From contig JAJPHT010000020.1 in assembly GCA_021325135.1 (NCBI GenBank), positions 32,001 to 96,000 of the forward strand: a DNA stretch of 64,000 nucleotides. The letters are read 5' to 3'. Source of the stretch: Pseudomonadota bacterium (GTDB taxonomy: Archaea; Thermoplasmatota; SW-10-69-26; JACQPN01; JAJPHT01). The notes below the pieces were generated by a model. The model did no database searches, had not been told where the DNA came from, and was given only the letters and a program-made list of their open reading frames with translations. The translations under genes and the position numbers were made by a program. The first letter of the stretch is position 1; each line of letters opens with the position of its first letter. Shown one piece after another: positions 55,901 through 64,000 of the stretch.

Positions 55901-56573
55901 TGACGGTCTTGTACTTGAGGGCCTGGTCGCGCTCGCGGGCCAGGGTGTGGAGCTGCGCGTCGATCTCGGTGAGCACGATGCGGATGTGCTCCAGGTTCTG
56001 CTCGACGGCGGCGCGCTCCTTGTTGGCCTTCTCGATGTCCGCGTCGAAGTTGGTGATGCCGGCGATCTGGTCGATGATCTGCCGGCGCGCGGCGGGGGGG
56101 AGCTCGGTGATGCGCAGGATGTCGCCTTGGCGCACGATGTTGTAGCCCTCGGCGCTGATGCGCGCCTTGGAGAGCAGCTCGTCGAACTCGGTGAGGCTGC
56201 TGGCGCGGCCGTTGACGTAGAAGTGGGAGTACGAGTTCTCGACGTTGCTCTTGGAGAGCACGACGCGGCGCGTCAGCGAGACCTCGTCCGCGTCCACGGG
56301 GATCACGCGGTCGCGGTTGTCGAAGACCAGGCTGACCTGGCAGTAGGTGGCGGGCTTGCGCTCCTTGCCGCCGTTGAAGATGAGGTCGGTGAGCTTGCCG
56401 GCCCGGATGGCCTTGTTGGACTTGGGGCCCAGCACGAAGAGGACGGCGTCGCCGATGTTGGATTTCCCCGAGCCGTTGGGGCCGGTGATGGCGGTGAAGC
56501 CGTCGAGGAAGGGGATGGACAGCTTCCGTCCGAAGGACTTGAAGTTCTCCATCTCCACGCGCTTCAGGTGCAC
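52980..56573 (-). CDS. smc: Chromosome segregation protein SMC
   Basis: NFKSF, GPNGSGKSN, hinge GRATFLPL / GGAMTGG, LSGGEKS, YYLDEVD. Confidence 0.97.
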   Translation of the reverse strand: MHLKRVEMENFKSFGRKLSIPFLDGFTAITGPNGSGKSNIGDAVLFVLGPKSNKAIRAGKLTDLIFNGGKERKPATYCQVSLVFDNRDRVIPVDADEVSLTRRVVLSKSNVENSYSHFYVNGRASSLTEFDELLSKARISAEGYNIVRQGDILRITELPPAARRQIIDQIAGITNFDADIEKANKERAAVEQNLEHIRIVLTEIDAQLHTLARERDQALKYKTVKDDLDLARVKHAKRRKDFLEVELQNVQGLIESETAERDDLERQVEALLARVREVDAALNEVERQIVERAGPEAKDLKQKIEALKKAAIQASERLNYSQQEIVELKGARQEAGADLKRQEKEIARYAKERDALVAQRDEKASALSLAEGKLERLRDTISRTAGRASDVQRELAELRVRHEKAEIALHETRLAHERAVERKARLVHAVAEAEEGIETQRFELRDVEFTFKESGAAAAAVDPESLRKDLFALKKREAELNGQLRELEPALRRLQNEYSLLKAQADSNEKVAQGYNRAVSAILAARDQGQLKGICGTVAELAQVDDKLATAMEVAAAGKMQAIVTESDEDAARAIDLLKRNKLGRATFLPLNKMVPGRPAGKPLMAVRSPDALGFAIDLLRFDEEYRPAFWYVFRDTVIVKSMDAARKLMGGVRLVTVEGDLIDAGGAMTGGDRESFGAKVKFGAGEAAQFEDVRKKLQAAVAHQEALSADLSGVRAQIDDVDGRLREATLLHQERSGKLADATRRKAEAEARLASLTAQAGEAKRDLLATEREIEDHAKALQTLTVDLAAMETEREEKSQVLLAATPKDVAKELEKEDRDAAALREKVRDLGSQVETKSHSLALLEERRAEIAARLSQIDAKLAQEEESVRVNGALAQEKEHELAVLLALQAQQDEALAGLNAQRDVLGKERMEVHVRADKVREARNRKDDMILNYRGRIPVLEASLAEVREELGTFAIPIPETVTESVDELRNRVRSLESQLERLGNVNMLALEEYDRQAARKEELTAETARLETERTHLLTLVDEIVAKKKEGFFKVYDEINVNFAKTYARLSNGGKAELLLENPESPFEGGLTMRAQPPGKKVTRLEALSGGEKSLTSMAFIFAIQEFDPSPFYYLDEVDQNLDGVNSELLARMVKSESKHAQFIVVSLRKVTLKEAEHVYGVTMMESGLSEIIGEVRISELADEPAQEAPPA

Positions 56574-56888
56574 GGGGCCACCTCCGCCTCGGACTCTTCC
56601 CTGAGGTGGAACTCAAGGTGCACTGGCGATCCCATCCAGCCTGGAACCAGGCACGCCCCCGTCATATGCATATCGTTCTGCGCCCATCGGAAACACCGGA
56701 ACAGGGTCAAGCCCGCCGGGGCCGCGCCGAAACTACTCTCGGGGGGCGGTCGCATGCCTCCAGCCAGGCAACCCGGAGGTCATGACCCTTCTCCGGGAAT
56801 CGCCGAGAGAAGCCCCTCCAGGACCCCAACAAAGACCCCCTGCGGGAGCCATCCTGGGCCTCTGCCAGGCGGCCTGCCCGCCAGGGGG

Positions 56889-56969
56889 CTAGAGGTGCAT
56901 CGAGCAGACGCCCCGGGCGCACTTGGGGCAGCCGGGCACGGGGCGGGCGTCCTTGGACTTCTTGCCCAT
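56889..56969 (-). CDS. Candidate 26-aa zinc-finger microprotein
   Basis: MGKKSKDARPVPGCPKCARGVCSMHL; CxxC-x4-CxxH; alternative ATG at 56981. Confidence 0.45.
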   Translation of the reverse strand: MGKKSKDARPVPGCPKCARGVCSMHL

Positions 56970-57117
56970 GGTCGTCACCATGTGGCCGTACTTCCGGCGG
57001 GGCACGCGGATCGCATGGCCGCGCCGGGCTATCTCCCTTCGCGGGGGGCTTCCCGTGGGACGCCTCCGGCGGGTGGGAGAAATGCCCAGTGCGGTGCCCA
57101 TTCCGCCGCCCGGGGCC

Positions 57118-57330
57118 AAATCCAGATTGGAATTCTGCACAGTGTTGAGAATTCTTGTGAAATTTTTGAACCTGGGAGCAGATGAATCTTTTAGCGCCGA
57201 AATCAACCAAATTATTCGATCTGCATCCGCTTTCTCTCCCAATCTTTCTCATTTTTCTTCTTGAAAAAACACCTACAATCTATTTCTCGCGTTATCTTTA
57301 TCTCCTAAATTCATTATGTTGGTTTGGGAG
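57118..57330. other. AT-rich non-coding tract
   Basis: Sharp drop in GC with long A/T runs; GAATTCT..AGAATTC inverted repeat at ~57130-57154. Confidence 0.8.
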
Positions 57331-57381
57331 CAATTTCGGGCGGCTGAGGGCCGTCGCTGGACTGCCCCAGGGAACGATCCC

Positions 57382-58107
57382 ATGCGAACTCTGATCGGTA
57401 GAAAGCCAACCGCCCTGATCTTGATCGCCATCGTGGGTACTGTCTCGTTGCTCGCCCCCACGGCACAGTCGGCTCTTCCGGGCGCTTCGACCGTCCACGC
57501 CGTGGTCACAGGGGGCTTCAACCCCACTGGAGATGGACGCTGCGACGGCAGTATGTCGGTGACGACCGATCGGCCGCTCCTCGCGACGGAGAATGCCATC
57601 GTTCTCGTCCAGGTCAATCGCTGCGAGATCACGTCTGCAAGCGTGATCGCGGACCCCGTTCCCCGCACCCGATACGACCCCTGCGCGGATGGCTGCTCCA
57701 AAGGGGAAGGGGACGCCCCTGCCCGCACGACCCTGATCGCCGGTCATGCGGAATGGGACACCCGGCACTGCTCGGAGAGTTGCGGGAAGACGAGCAGCCT
57801 CGTCATCGACGTTTACCAGCAATACCATGCAGCGGACGGCGACAACCTTCAGAGCGACGACACGGGCGTGAATTGCGCCACCACCAACGACTATCAGGTG
57901 GACACGTGCGAGAATTTCCAGGGGACCACGTACGGAAGCGAGCTCTCGACCCTCGGCAAGAGCCACGTTCAAACTTCTCCGCAGAGTTACATCTACGATC
58001 TTTATGGTTACGCGACGCTCTACACCTACTTCGATGGCAGGCATCGGATGGAGTGCGCCTTCAGCGGAAATGCCGCCTACGATACGACGCAGGTAACGTG
58101 TACCTAA
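57382..58107 (+). CDS. Secreted Cys-rich hypothetical protein, atypical codon usage
   Basis: Signal peptide; 10 Cys; many A/T-ending codons. Confidence 0.7.
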   Translation: MRTLIGRKPTALILIAIVGTVSLLAPTAQSALPGASTVHAVVTGGFNPTGDGRCDGSMSVTTDRPLLATENAIVLVQVNRCEITSASVIADPVPRTRYDPCADGCSKGEGDAPARTTLIAGHAEWDTRHCSESCGKTSSLVIDVYQQYHAADGDNLQSDDTGVNCATTNDYQVDTCENFQGTTYGSELSTLGKSHVQTSPQSYIYDLYGYATLYTYFDGRHRMECAFSGNAAYDTTQVTCT

Positions 58108-58122
58108 CAGGAGGGGACAAGC

Positions 58123-58494
58123 ATGAAGCTGGCCTTGGGATGTCTGGGATTGCTGTTGGCGCTCTCCGTCAGCTCCGGCGTCGCGCCCGCCACCGGCGGC
58201 GTGAGCTACGGGGTCTCCGTGGGCCCGGCCTTCGTCTGGGGTCACTGGGCGCAGACGCCGGAGGGGTGCCAGGGTGGCGGCGGCGCGTCGGTCCTCAGCG
58301 ACAACGACGGCCCCCGCCGCGTCGTGACGGAGGACAGGCTCCCCGGCTGCGGGCACGTCCGCGTCTGGGTCTACGAGCAGCCGCCCGCGAGCCGGTTTTG
58401 CGTCGATTCCTGCCCGTCGCGCATCGGGACCCCGTCCCTGGAGGAGGTCCGCGCAAGCTGGACGCTCATCGCGGGGCCCGTGGATTTGGGGTAG
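58123..58494 (+). CDS. Small secreted Cys-containing protein
   Basis: GGAGG RBS; hydrophobic N-terminus; 4 Cys in the mature part. Confidence 0.6.
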   Translation: MKLALGCLGLLLALSVSSGVAPATGGVSYGVSVGPAFVWGHWAQTPEGCQGGGGASVLSDNDGPRRVVTEDRLPGCGHVRVWVYEQPPASRFCVDSCPSRIGTPSLEEVRASWTLIAGPVDLG

Positions 58495-58501
58495 CGGCGC
58501 C

Positions 58502-59836
58502 TCAGTTGGCGCTGCTCTGCGCCTCGTCCCCGGGAGCGAGGCACCCGAAGCCCACGACGCTGGTGCCGGCCTTCACGTCGTTGACGTAGAGGAGGCCGCG
58601 GTGGACGATGACGTCCCAGACGTTGTCGAACGCGGTGGCGCCGTCCGCGGCGGGGTCCTTGGGGACGAGGTGCGCCATGGGGGCGATCGTCGCCGTGTCC
58701 GCCAGGGGGACGCCGCCCAGCGCGCTGAGGTTGAAGACGTAGACGCCGTGGGAGTAGTGCGCGACGTAGAGCTTGTCCCCTACGATCTGGATGTTGTGCT
58801 CGGGCGAGGCGGGCATGGCGTCGCTGGCGTGCCACTGGGCAAGGAGGATCGGCGTCTGGAAGCTCGTGGCGTCGTAGATGGAGAGCCAGTTGCTGCCCAC
58901 CTCCTGGATCATGGCGACGAGGCGGCGGTCGCCCACCTTCTGGCCCACGACGGTGTGCGTGTAGCCCTGCGCGGGGCCGAGGTTGGGGACGAGGGCGAGC
59001 ATCTGCGGGCTCTTGGGGTCGCTCACGTCGTAGGCGCCCCACCCTTCGAAGCCGTTGGCGACGTACAGCACGGGCTTGTGGAGGATCTCGTCCCACACGA
59101 GGCTCATGTCGTGGGGCCCCAGGGGGCCGCCGCCCAGGGGCACGTCGCCCACCTGCCCCACGGGCACGAGCTTGCGCGCGTCGCCTTCGCCCGAGAGCTG
59201 GAGGACCCAGACGCCCGTGTTGTCGTTGGGCGCCACGAAGACGTAGTCCTTCCCCGCGATGCGCGCCGTGGTGAGCATGTGCATGTTGGTGTCGGGGAAC
59301 GCGGTGGCGGGCGTGGGGTAGGTGAAGACGCTCACCAGCCTCGGCGCGACGCCCGCGCGCTCGATCTCGTCCGCGCTGAGGTTCGCTGCAACGACGGGCG
59401 AGACGTCCACGAGGTCGATGGTGGCCGTGTGCCCCACGACGGCGCTGCGGTTGTCGGGCATCCACTTCACGTCGTAGGCGCTCTTCTCCTGGCTCTGGTA
59501 GGTCGCGACCTTCTGCGGGTGCAGCGGGTCCGCGACGCTCACGACCTCGAAGCCCCCGTCGGCGTAGCGCGCCGCGAGGAGCCAGTCGCCGCGCGCGTCG
59601 ATCTCGCCGTGGATGCCCGGCGTGCCGTACTCCACCTGCGCGAGGGGCTTCAGGTTCTCGCTGGTCTTGTCGGCGGGCACGCCCGTCGCGACGCACGGCA
59701 CGCCCGCCAGGAGCCCGGCCACGGTGGCGTCCAGGGCGGCCTTCGCGGACGCAGGGTCGAGGGGGCCCTGGGCCGCGGGCTGGATGCAGCCCGGAAGGAG
59801 GACCGCCAGGGCGAGGAGGGCGAGGAGCGCGCGCAT
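58502..59836 (-). CDS. LVIVD-repeat beta-propeller lipoprotein
   Basis: Lipobox LLPGC; VSVADPLHP, YDVSDPKSP, HN..GDKLYVAHYSHG, WDV. Confidence 0.85.
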   Translation of the reverse strand: MRALLALLALAVLLPGCIQPAAQGPLDPASAKAALDATVAGLLAGVPCVATGVPADKTSENLKPLAQVEYGTPGIHGEIDARGDWLLAARYADGGFEVVSVADPLHPQKVATYQSQEKSAYDVKWMPDNRSAVVGHTATIDLVDVSPVVAANLSADEIERAGVAPRLVSVFTYPTPATAFPDTNMHMLTTARIAGKDYVFVAPNDNTGVWVLQLSGEGDARKLVPVGQVGDVPLGGGPLGPHDMSLVWDEILHKPVLYVANGFEGWGAYDVSDPKSPQMLALVPNLGPAQGYTHTVVGQKVGDRRLVAMIQEVGSNWLSIYDATSFQTPILLAQWHASDAMPASPEHNIQIVGDKLYVAHYSHGVYVFNLSALGGVPLADTATIAPMAHLVPKDPAADGATAFDNVWDVIVHRGLLYVNDVKAGTSVVGFGCLAPGDEAQSSAN

Positions 59837-59938
59837 GCCCCGCGCACCGGCCGCCGGCACAAAGCGGTTTCCTGCATCGCCCTGCCCCATCCTCCCCTGG
59901 GCCGGCAGCTTCTTGCGGCCCCCCGGGATGGGCAGCGC

Positions 59939-60391
59939 ATGCCCCCGGCCTTCCTCCAGGTCGCGATCCCCGTCCTGTACGTCTACGACGAGGGGGCGCT
60001 GCCCGAGGCTCCGCCCGGCTTCGACATGAGCCTCCTGCCCGTCATCAGCCGGGCGCTCAAGGAGCACGCGAACACCAGCAAGGTCACCGTCATCACCGGC
60101 GCGCCCACCAGCGCGGACGACCTGCCGCGCGCCTACACGGGCCTCGGCCTCCAGTACGCCAGCATCCAGAAGGCGAGCCCCGAGGCGGGGAACCTCCTCG
60201 TGGCCGAGTTCGTGGCGGACCACTTCGACGCCGAGGCCGTGCTGGAGCACCTCCGGCGCATCGTCGAGGAGCGCCAGAAGGAGCTGGCCGAGAGCGTCGA
60301 GGCCCACCGCCGCCGCGCGGGCGCCGACGAGGAGCCCGAAGAGGACGGGGACGACGAGGGGCCCGACGAGAGCCAGGGCAGCGGCGCCTGA
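59939..60391 (+). CDS. Hypothetical protein with acidic C-terminus
   Basis: Strong host codon bias. Confidence 0.7.
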   Translation: MPPAFLQVAIPVLYVYDEGALPEAPPGFDMSLLPVISRALKEHANTSKVTVITGAPTSADDLPRAYTGLGLQYASIQKASPEAGNLLVAEFVADHFDAEAVLEHLRRIVEERQKELAESVEAHRRRAGADEEPEEDGDDEGPDESQGSGA

Positions 60392-60396
60392 GCGCC

Positions 60397-60723
60397 TCAC
60401 GCCTCGCGGATGGGCGCCTCGGGCGCGAGCTTGCCCACCAGGGAGAGCCCGTACTCGCAGTCGCTGCGCGCGACGTAGCCCTCGCCCCCCGTGGCGATGA
60501 TGTTGCCGTTCTGGTGAACGAGCCGCCAGCGCCACTCGCCCTTCTGGTCCGCGTAGACCTCGGTGCGGCCGCCCATCCTGCGCACGATGTCGATGCCGTG
60601 CACCGCGTCGGCCTTGGCGACGTAGGACTCGCTGGAGACCGCGATGATCTTCGAGTTCTCGGCCAGGAGGCGCCAGCGCCACTCGCCCGCGTTGTCCTTG
60701 AAGACCTGGAATTGGCTGGTCAT
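60397..60723 (-). CDS. YegP/DUF1508 tandem-domain protein
   Basis: Two repeats D..GEWRWRL...N..IIA..E.Y. Confidence 0.9.
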   Translation of the reverse strand: MTSQFQVFKDNAGEWRWRLLAENSKIIAVSSESYVAKADAVHGIDIVRRMGGRTEVYADQKGEWRWRLVHQNGNIIATGGEGYVARSDCEYGLSLVGKLAPEAPIREA

Positions 60724-60802
60724 CGGGCCAGGCAGGCGGCCAACGTCCATAGTTGCGCGCACGGTGGAGGCCGGCTCTCCCCTGGCTTTCCCGCTCCCGG
60801 GA

Positions 60803-60904
60803 GCTCCGCCCCGTTTGATCTCCGCATCTCCGAATCGCCGAATCTCCGCCTGAGACATCGTCCCATCACGGAGATTCGGAGATTCGGGGACCTTGGGGCG
60901 GAGC
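60803..60904. repeat. Hairpin element of GAATCTCC units with GCTCCGCCCC/GGGGCGGAGC termini
   Basis: Outer 10-bp stem; units GCATCTCC, GAATCGCC, GAATCTCC vs GGAGATTC x2; same unit as 1008-1093. Confidence 0.85.
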
Positions 60905-60982
60905 CCCAGCGGAAAAAGGAGCCAAGGAGCAGCACCCCACCGAGCCCAACCTTCATGATGGACCCCCTGCGATGCGCGACCC

Positions 60983-61573
60983 ATGAGCCGCGAAGTCGTC
61001 CTCGCCATGACCGGCGCCAGCGGCACCCCCTACGGCGTGCGCGCGCTGGAGGCCATGGCCCGCGTCCCGGACCTGCGCGTGCATCTCATCCTCACGCCCA
61101 CGGCGGAGCGGCTGCTCCAGTACGAGAGCCGCCTCGACGTGGAGAAGGTGAAGGCCCTCGCCCACGAGGTCCACCGCAACGACGACTTCTTCGCGCCCGT
61201 CGCCAGCGGGAGCCACCGCTTCCGGGGGATGCTGGTGTGCCCCGCGAGCATGAAGCACGTGGGCCTCATGGCGGCCGGCATCGGGAGCGACCTCGTCGCG
61301 CGCACGGCGGACGTGTGCCTCAAGGAGCGCCGCCCCCTGGTGATCGTGCCGCGGGAGACGCCCCTCTCCAGCATCCACCTGCGCAACCTGCTGACCCTCT
61401 CCGAGGCGGGCGCGCACGTCGTCCCCGCCATGCCCGGCTTCTACGTCCTGCCGCAGAGCGTGGACGACCTCGTGAACCACGTCGCGGGGAAGGCCCTGGA
61501 CGCGCTGGGCGTCGAGCACTCGCTCTACCCGCGCTGGAAGGAGCGCGGCGACCTCGCGGGCATGGAGCGCTAG
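60983..61573 (+). CDS. ubiX: Flavin prenyltransferase UbiX
   Basis: AMTGASG, APVASGS, ADVCLKERRPL, RETP, PAMPGFY. Confidence 0.95.
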   Translation: MSREVVLAMTGASGTPYGVRALEAMARVPDLRVHLILTPTAERLLQYESRLDVEKVKALAHEVHRNDDFFAPVASGSHRFRGMLVCPASMKHVGLMAAGIGSDLVARTADVCLKERRPLVIVPRETPLSSIHLRNLLTLSEAGAHVVPAMPGFYVLPQSVDDLVNHVAGKALDALGVEHSLYPRWKERGDLAGMER

Positions 61574-62550
61574 CGCCGCCGCGCGAGGAGCGCCGCGAGC
61601 GCGCCCGTGGCCAAGAGCAGCCCCACCTCGGGCCCCGGCAGCAGGCGGCGCACGATGGGCGCCTCCGCCCACGCGTCCCACACCTGCACGTCGTACTGGC
61701 CGCGGCGCGTCCAGCCGGGCCGCTCGATCCAGAAGCGATCGCGGTCGGAGAGCGTCCCATCGTGGTCGCGGTCGTCGAAGGTGAAGTTGAACCCGCCCGC
61801 CTGCTGCTGCGGCATCGAGGCGCGGAACGCCGCGAGGCGCTCATGCGTCGTCGCGTTGAAGACGCGCACCTCCACCTCGGCAAGGCTGGGCGCATCGGAG
61901 ACGAGGTCCGCCCGCCACGAGAAGTTCCCATCGAAAAGGTCCGTGCTGTTGCCCGCCGCGGCGGCGAGGCGTCCCACGGGCGAGGGCATGCGGAACGCGG
62001 CGCGCGGGCCGTAGGAGGCCTCCGCCGTGACGTTGCCGCCCGGGCTCTCCAGGCGCAGGCTCGTGATGCGGTCGTGGCGGTCCACGGTGGCGCTCATGCC
62101 GCCCACGCTGAGGTTGGTGCCGTTGTAGACCGCCACCACGTCGGAGCCCTCCGTGCGGGCGGAGGTGACGTTGAGCTGCGGCAGCAGAAGGAGCGGCGAG
62201 CCGAAGCGGCTCGCGTCCAGCGGGCACGCGCCGGGGCGTTGCGCGAGGGGCTTGCCGTCCACGACGCGCACGACGTCCTCGCCGCGGCAGTAGAAGTCCA
62301 GGGCGAAGCCCGCGACGCTCATGTTGAAGTGGCGCGCGCCGTCGCGGCCCACCTCCAGCGTGAAGCCCACGGTGTAGCCGTTGGACGTGGCGTTGCCCGA
62401 GAGCTTCGAGAGCGCGCCGCCCGCGGGGCCGAGGTCCTGCGCGAAGCCGTCCAGCGCGCGGCGGGCGCGCTCCTCGGGCGTGCCGCTGGGCAGGCCCAGG
62501 CAGCCGACGAGGAGGAGGGCTCCGAAGGCGAGCGCGACGAGGCGCGGCAC
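61570..62550 (-). CDS. Lipoprotein with C-terminal PGP-type archaeosortase sorting signal
   Basis: Lipobox LLVGC; DRDHDG motif; C-terminus [23 protein letters not shown]. Confidence 0.75.
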   Translation of the reverse strand: MPRLVALAFGALLLVGCLGLPSGTPEERARRALDGFAQDLGPAGGALSKLSGNATSNGYTVGFTLEVGRDGARHFNMSVAGFALDFYCRGEDVVRVVDGKPLAQRPGACPLDASRFGSPLLLLPQLNVTSARTEGSDVVAVYNGTNLSVGGMSATVDRHDRITSLRLESPGGNVTAEASYGPRAAFRMPSPVGRLAAAAGNSTDLFDGNFSWRADLVSDAPSLAEVEVRVFNATTHERLAAFRASMPQQQAGGFNFTFDDRDHDGTLSDRDRFWIERPGWTRRGQYDVQVWDAWAEAPIVRRLLPGPEVGLLLATGALAALLARRR

Positions 62551-62587
62551 GCTCCGGAAGCGGGCGCTGCGCGGATCAGGCCTTCGA

Positions 62588-63859
62588 TCAGTGGTGGAAC
62601 AGCGCCGCGATGTGCGCGATGGGGTGCTCCGAGAACTCCTGCACGACGGGGCCGCCCACGTAGAGGACCATGGCGACGGTGACGCCGAACTTGATCAGCG
62701 TGCCCACCGCGATGCCGCCCATGTACTTGCGGAACTTCATGCCCGAGACGGCGAACACGTAGAGCAGCACGTCGGGGATCAGCGGGAGGGCGTTGATGAC
62801 GACGAGGATCCAGAAGCCGCGCTTCTCCGCGTTGCGGTTCATCCAGTCGACGGCGCGCTTCATGCGCGGGCTCTTCTTGGTCTTCTTGTGGATCTCGTGG
62901 TTGAGCGAGTCGCCCAGGAGATACACGAGCCAGACGCCCACCATGCGGCCCACGAACGCCGCCACGAAGGCGAGGATGGCCCCGTCCGCGACGACGGAGA
63001 GGATGAGGAGCACTTCCGCCGGGATGGGGACGCCCATCGCCGTGAGGACGTTGGCGCCCGCGTTCTTCAGCGCGCTGACCCACGTGGGAAGCAGGTCGCG
63101 CGCGATCACCGCGAGGCCGAACGTGACGACGAGGATGCCCGCGGTGAGGCCGATGGCGGCGAGGAAGAGCATGACGCCCTTCTCTTCGTTGGTCAGGCGC
63201 GTGGGGTCGCGGAAGCCCTTCTTCATCACGCGGCGGCCCGTGCGCCCGCCCAGCGCCGCGCCCGTGGAGAGGCTGCGCTGCACGATGGCGTCGGGGATGG
63301 CCACGGAGCCGCGCATGACCTTGTGGAGCGTGCGGACGCCGGCCATGCCGACCTTGGCCTGCACGCGGATGGTGAGGTGCTTGAACCGCGCCCACGTGCC
63401 GCTGCCGTGCGTCTCCTCGCGGCGGCGCTGGAGGCTCGTGTTGAGCTTGTTGCGCAGCTTGGCCGCGAGGCGGTCGCTGAACGCCTTCTCACGGTCGATC
63501 AGCTCCTGCATGAAGCGCTTCTGGACGGTGATCTTCACGTCGACGTTGATCACGTCGTCCAGCGTGCTCTCCAGGTCGATGCCCGGATCGATGCTGACGA
63601 TGGTGCTGAACGTGACGCGCACGTCCTCGTCGATGTCCGTGTGGTGGTAGACGCCGTAGGCGCCCTCGCCCTTGGTGCGGCGGCGGGGCGGGCTCCCCTC
63701 CACGAGGTCGCGCCAGTGGAACGGCACGTACTGGATGCCGGGGTGCGGGTGGCGCCCGCGCTTCACGCTGCTCACGACGTTCACGATGCCGTAGCTGGGC
63801 GTGACGGGGATCGAGGCCGGGTCCTCTGCCTCGGGCCGGGCCGTGGTGGGCGCTTCCAC
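62588..63859 (-). CDS. VTT/DedA family membrane protein with long soluble N-terminal extension
   Basis: GVPIPAE, G..VYLLG, ALPLIPD..YVFAVSGMKF..Y..G.LIK. Confidence 0.8.
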   Translation of the reverse strand: MEAPTTARPEAEDPASIPVTPSYGIVNVVSSVKRGRHPHPGIQYVPFHWRDLVEGSPPRRRTKGEGAYGVYHHTDIDEDVRVTFSTIVSIDPGIDLESTLDDVINVDVKITVQKRFMQELIDREKAFSDRLAAKLRNKLNTSLQRRREETHGSGTWARFKHLTIRVQAKVGMAGVRTLHKVMRGSVAIPDAIVQRSLSTGAALGGRTGRRVMKKGFRDPTRLTNEEKGVMLFLAAIGLTAGILVVTFGLAVIARDLLPTWVSALKNAGANVLTAMGVPIPAEVLLILSVVADGAILAFVAAFVGRMVGVWLVYLLGDSLNHEIHKKTKKSPRMKRAVDWMNRNAEKRGFWILVVINALPLIPDVLLYVFAVSGMKFRKYMGGIAVGTLIKFGVTVAMVLYVGGPVVQEFSEHPIAHIAALFHH

Positions 63860-63940
63860 AAAGGCAGGTAGGGGTGGGTCGATAGAAACGTTTCGGGGCG
63901 CCGGGAGGGACGCCCTGTGGCGCTGCGCCGGTGCGCGGGG

Positions 63941-64000
63941 TCAGTCCAGGCGCCGGGGCAGGCGCGCCGCGCGGCGGGTCCAGTAGTAGGCCGCCAGGGT
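63941..64000 (-). CDS. 3' end of a gene entering from the right edge
   Basis: Open frame ...TLAAYYWTRRAARLPRRLD-stop. Confidence 0.45.
   Translation of the reverse strand, partial: TLAAYYWTRRAARLPRRLD

Noticed and set aside
52980-56573. Wadjet/Mks-type defence SMC
   Set aside because: Canonical hinge-containing SMC with ScpA and ScpB and no JetD-like nuclease; this is housekeeping condensin.
1-64000. Prophage, integrase or IS transposase
   Set aside because: No recombinase, DDE/HUH transposase, capsid or terminase motifs recognised in any frame.

Overview
A very GC-rich (roughly 70-75% by eye) archaeal chromosome segment, most consistent with Thermoplasmatota. Supporting markers are an archaeal-type smc-scpA-scpB operon, RNase HII, an archaeosortase, a SelB-like EF-Tu paralogue, DUF1614, and BRE/TATA-like boxes about 25-30 bp upstream of apparently leaderless starts. 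Housekeeping content includes a dispersed futalosine menaquinone pathway (mqnA/C/E cluster, mqnD, ubiA/mqnP, ubiX), rlmE, nadE, threonine aldolase, rhomboid, SPFH/NfeD and a PAS histidine kinase. There are also many secreted or lipid-anchored proteins: BNR and LVIVD propellers, a ~1950-aa FN3/Ig adhesin-like protein and small Cys-rich proteins. No rRNA, tRNA, CRISPR array or transposase was found. The most notable unexplained signals are: (1) a quasi-palindromic 8-10 bp motif, WTG(A/C)TA(T/G)CA, embedded repeatedly in coding sequences at the cost of rare codons; (2) a cluster of ORB-like boxes at ~7.8-8.0 kb with no adjacent cdc6; (3) a three-gene module of secreted polyglycine protein, wHTH-FHA regulator and membrane Hanks kinase; (4) in-frame hairpin insertions at the N-termini of both MqnA and MqnD; (5) intergenic hairpin elements built from 8- or 9-bp unit repeats; (6) a TM-less lipoprotein paralogue of a MacB/FtsX-type permease. 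All assignments come from reading motifs by eye; no database search was run.
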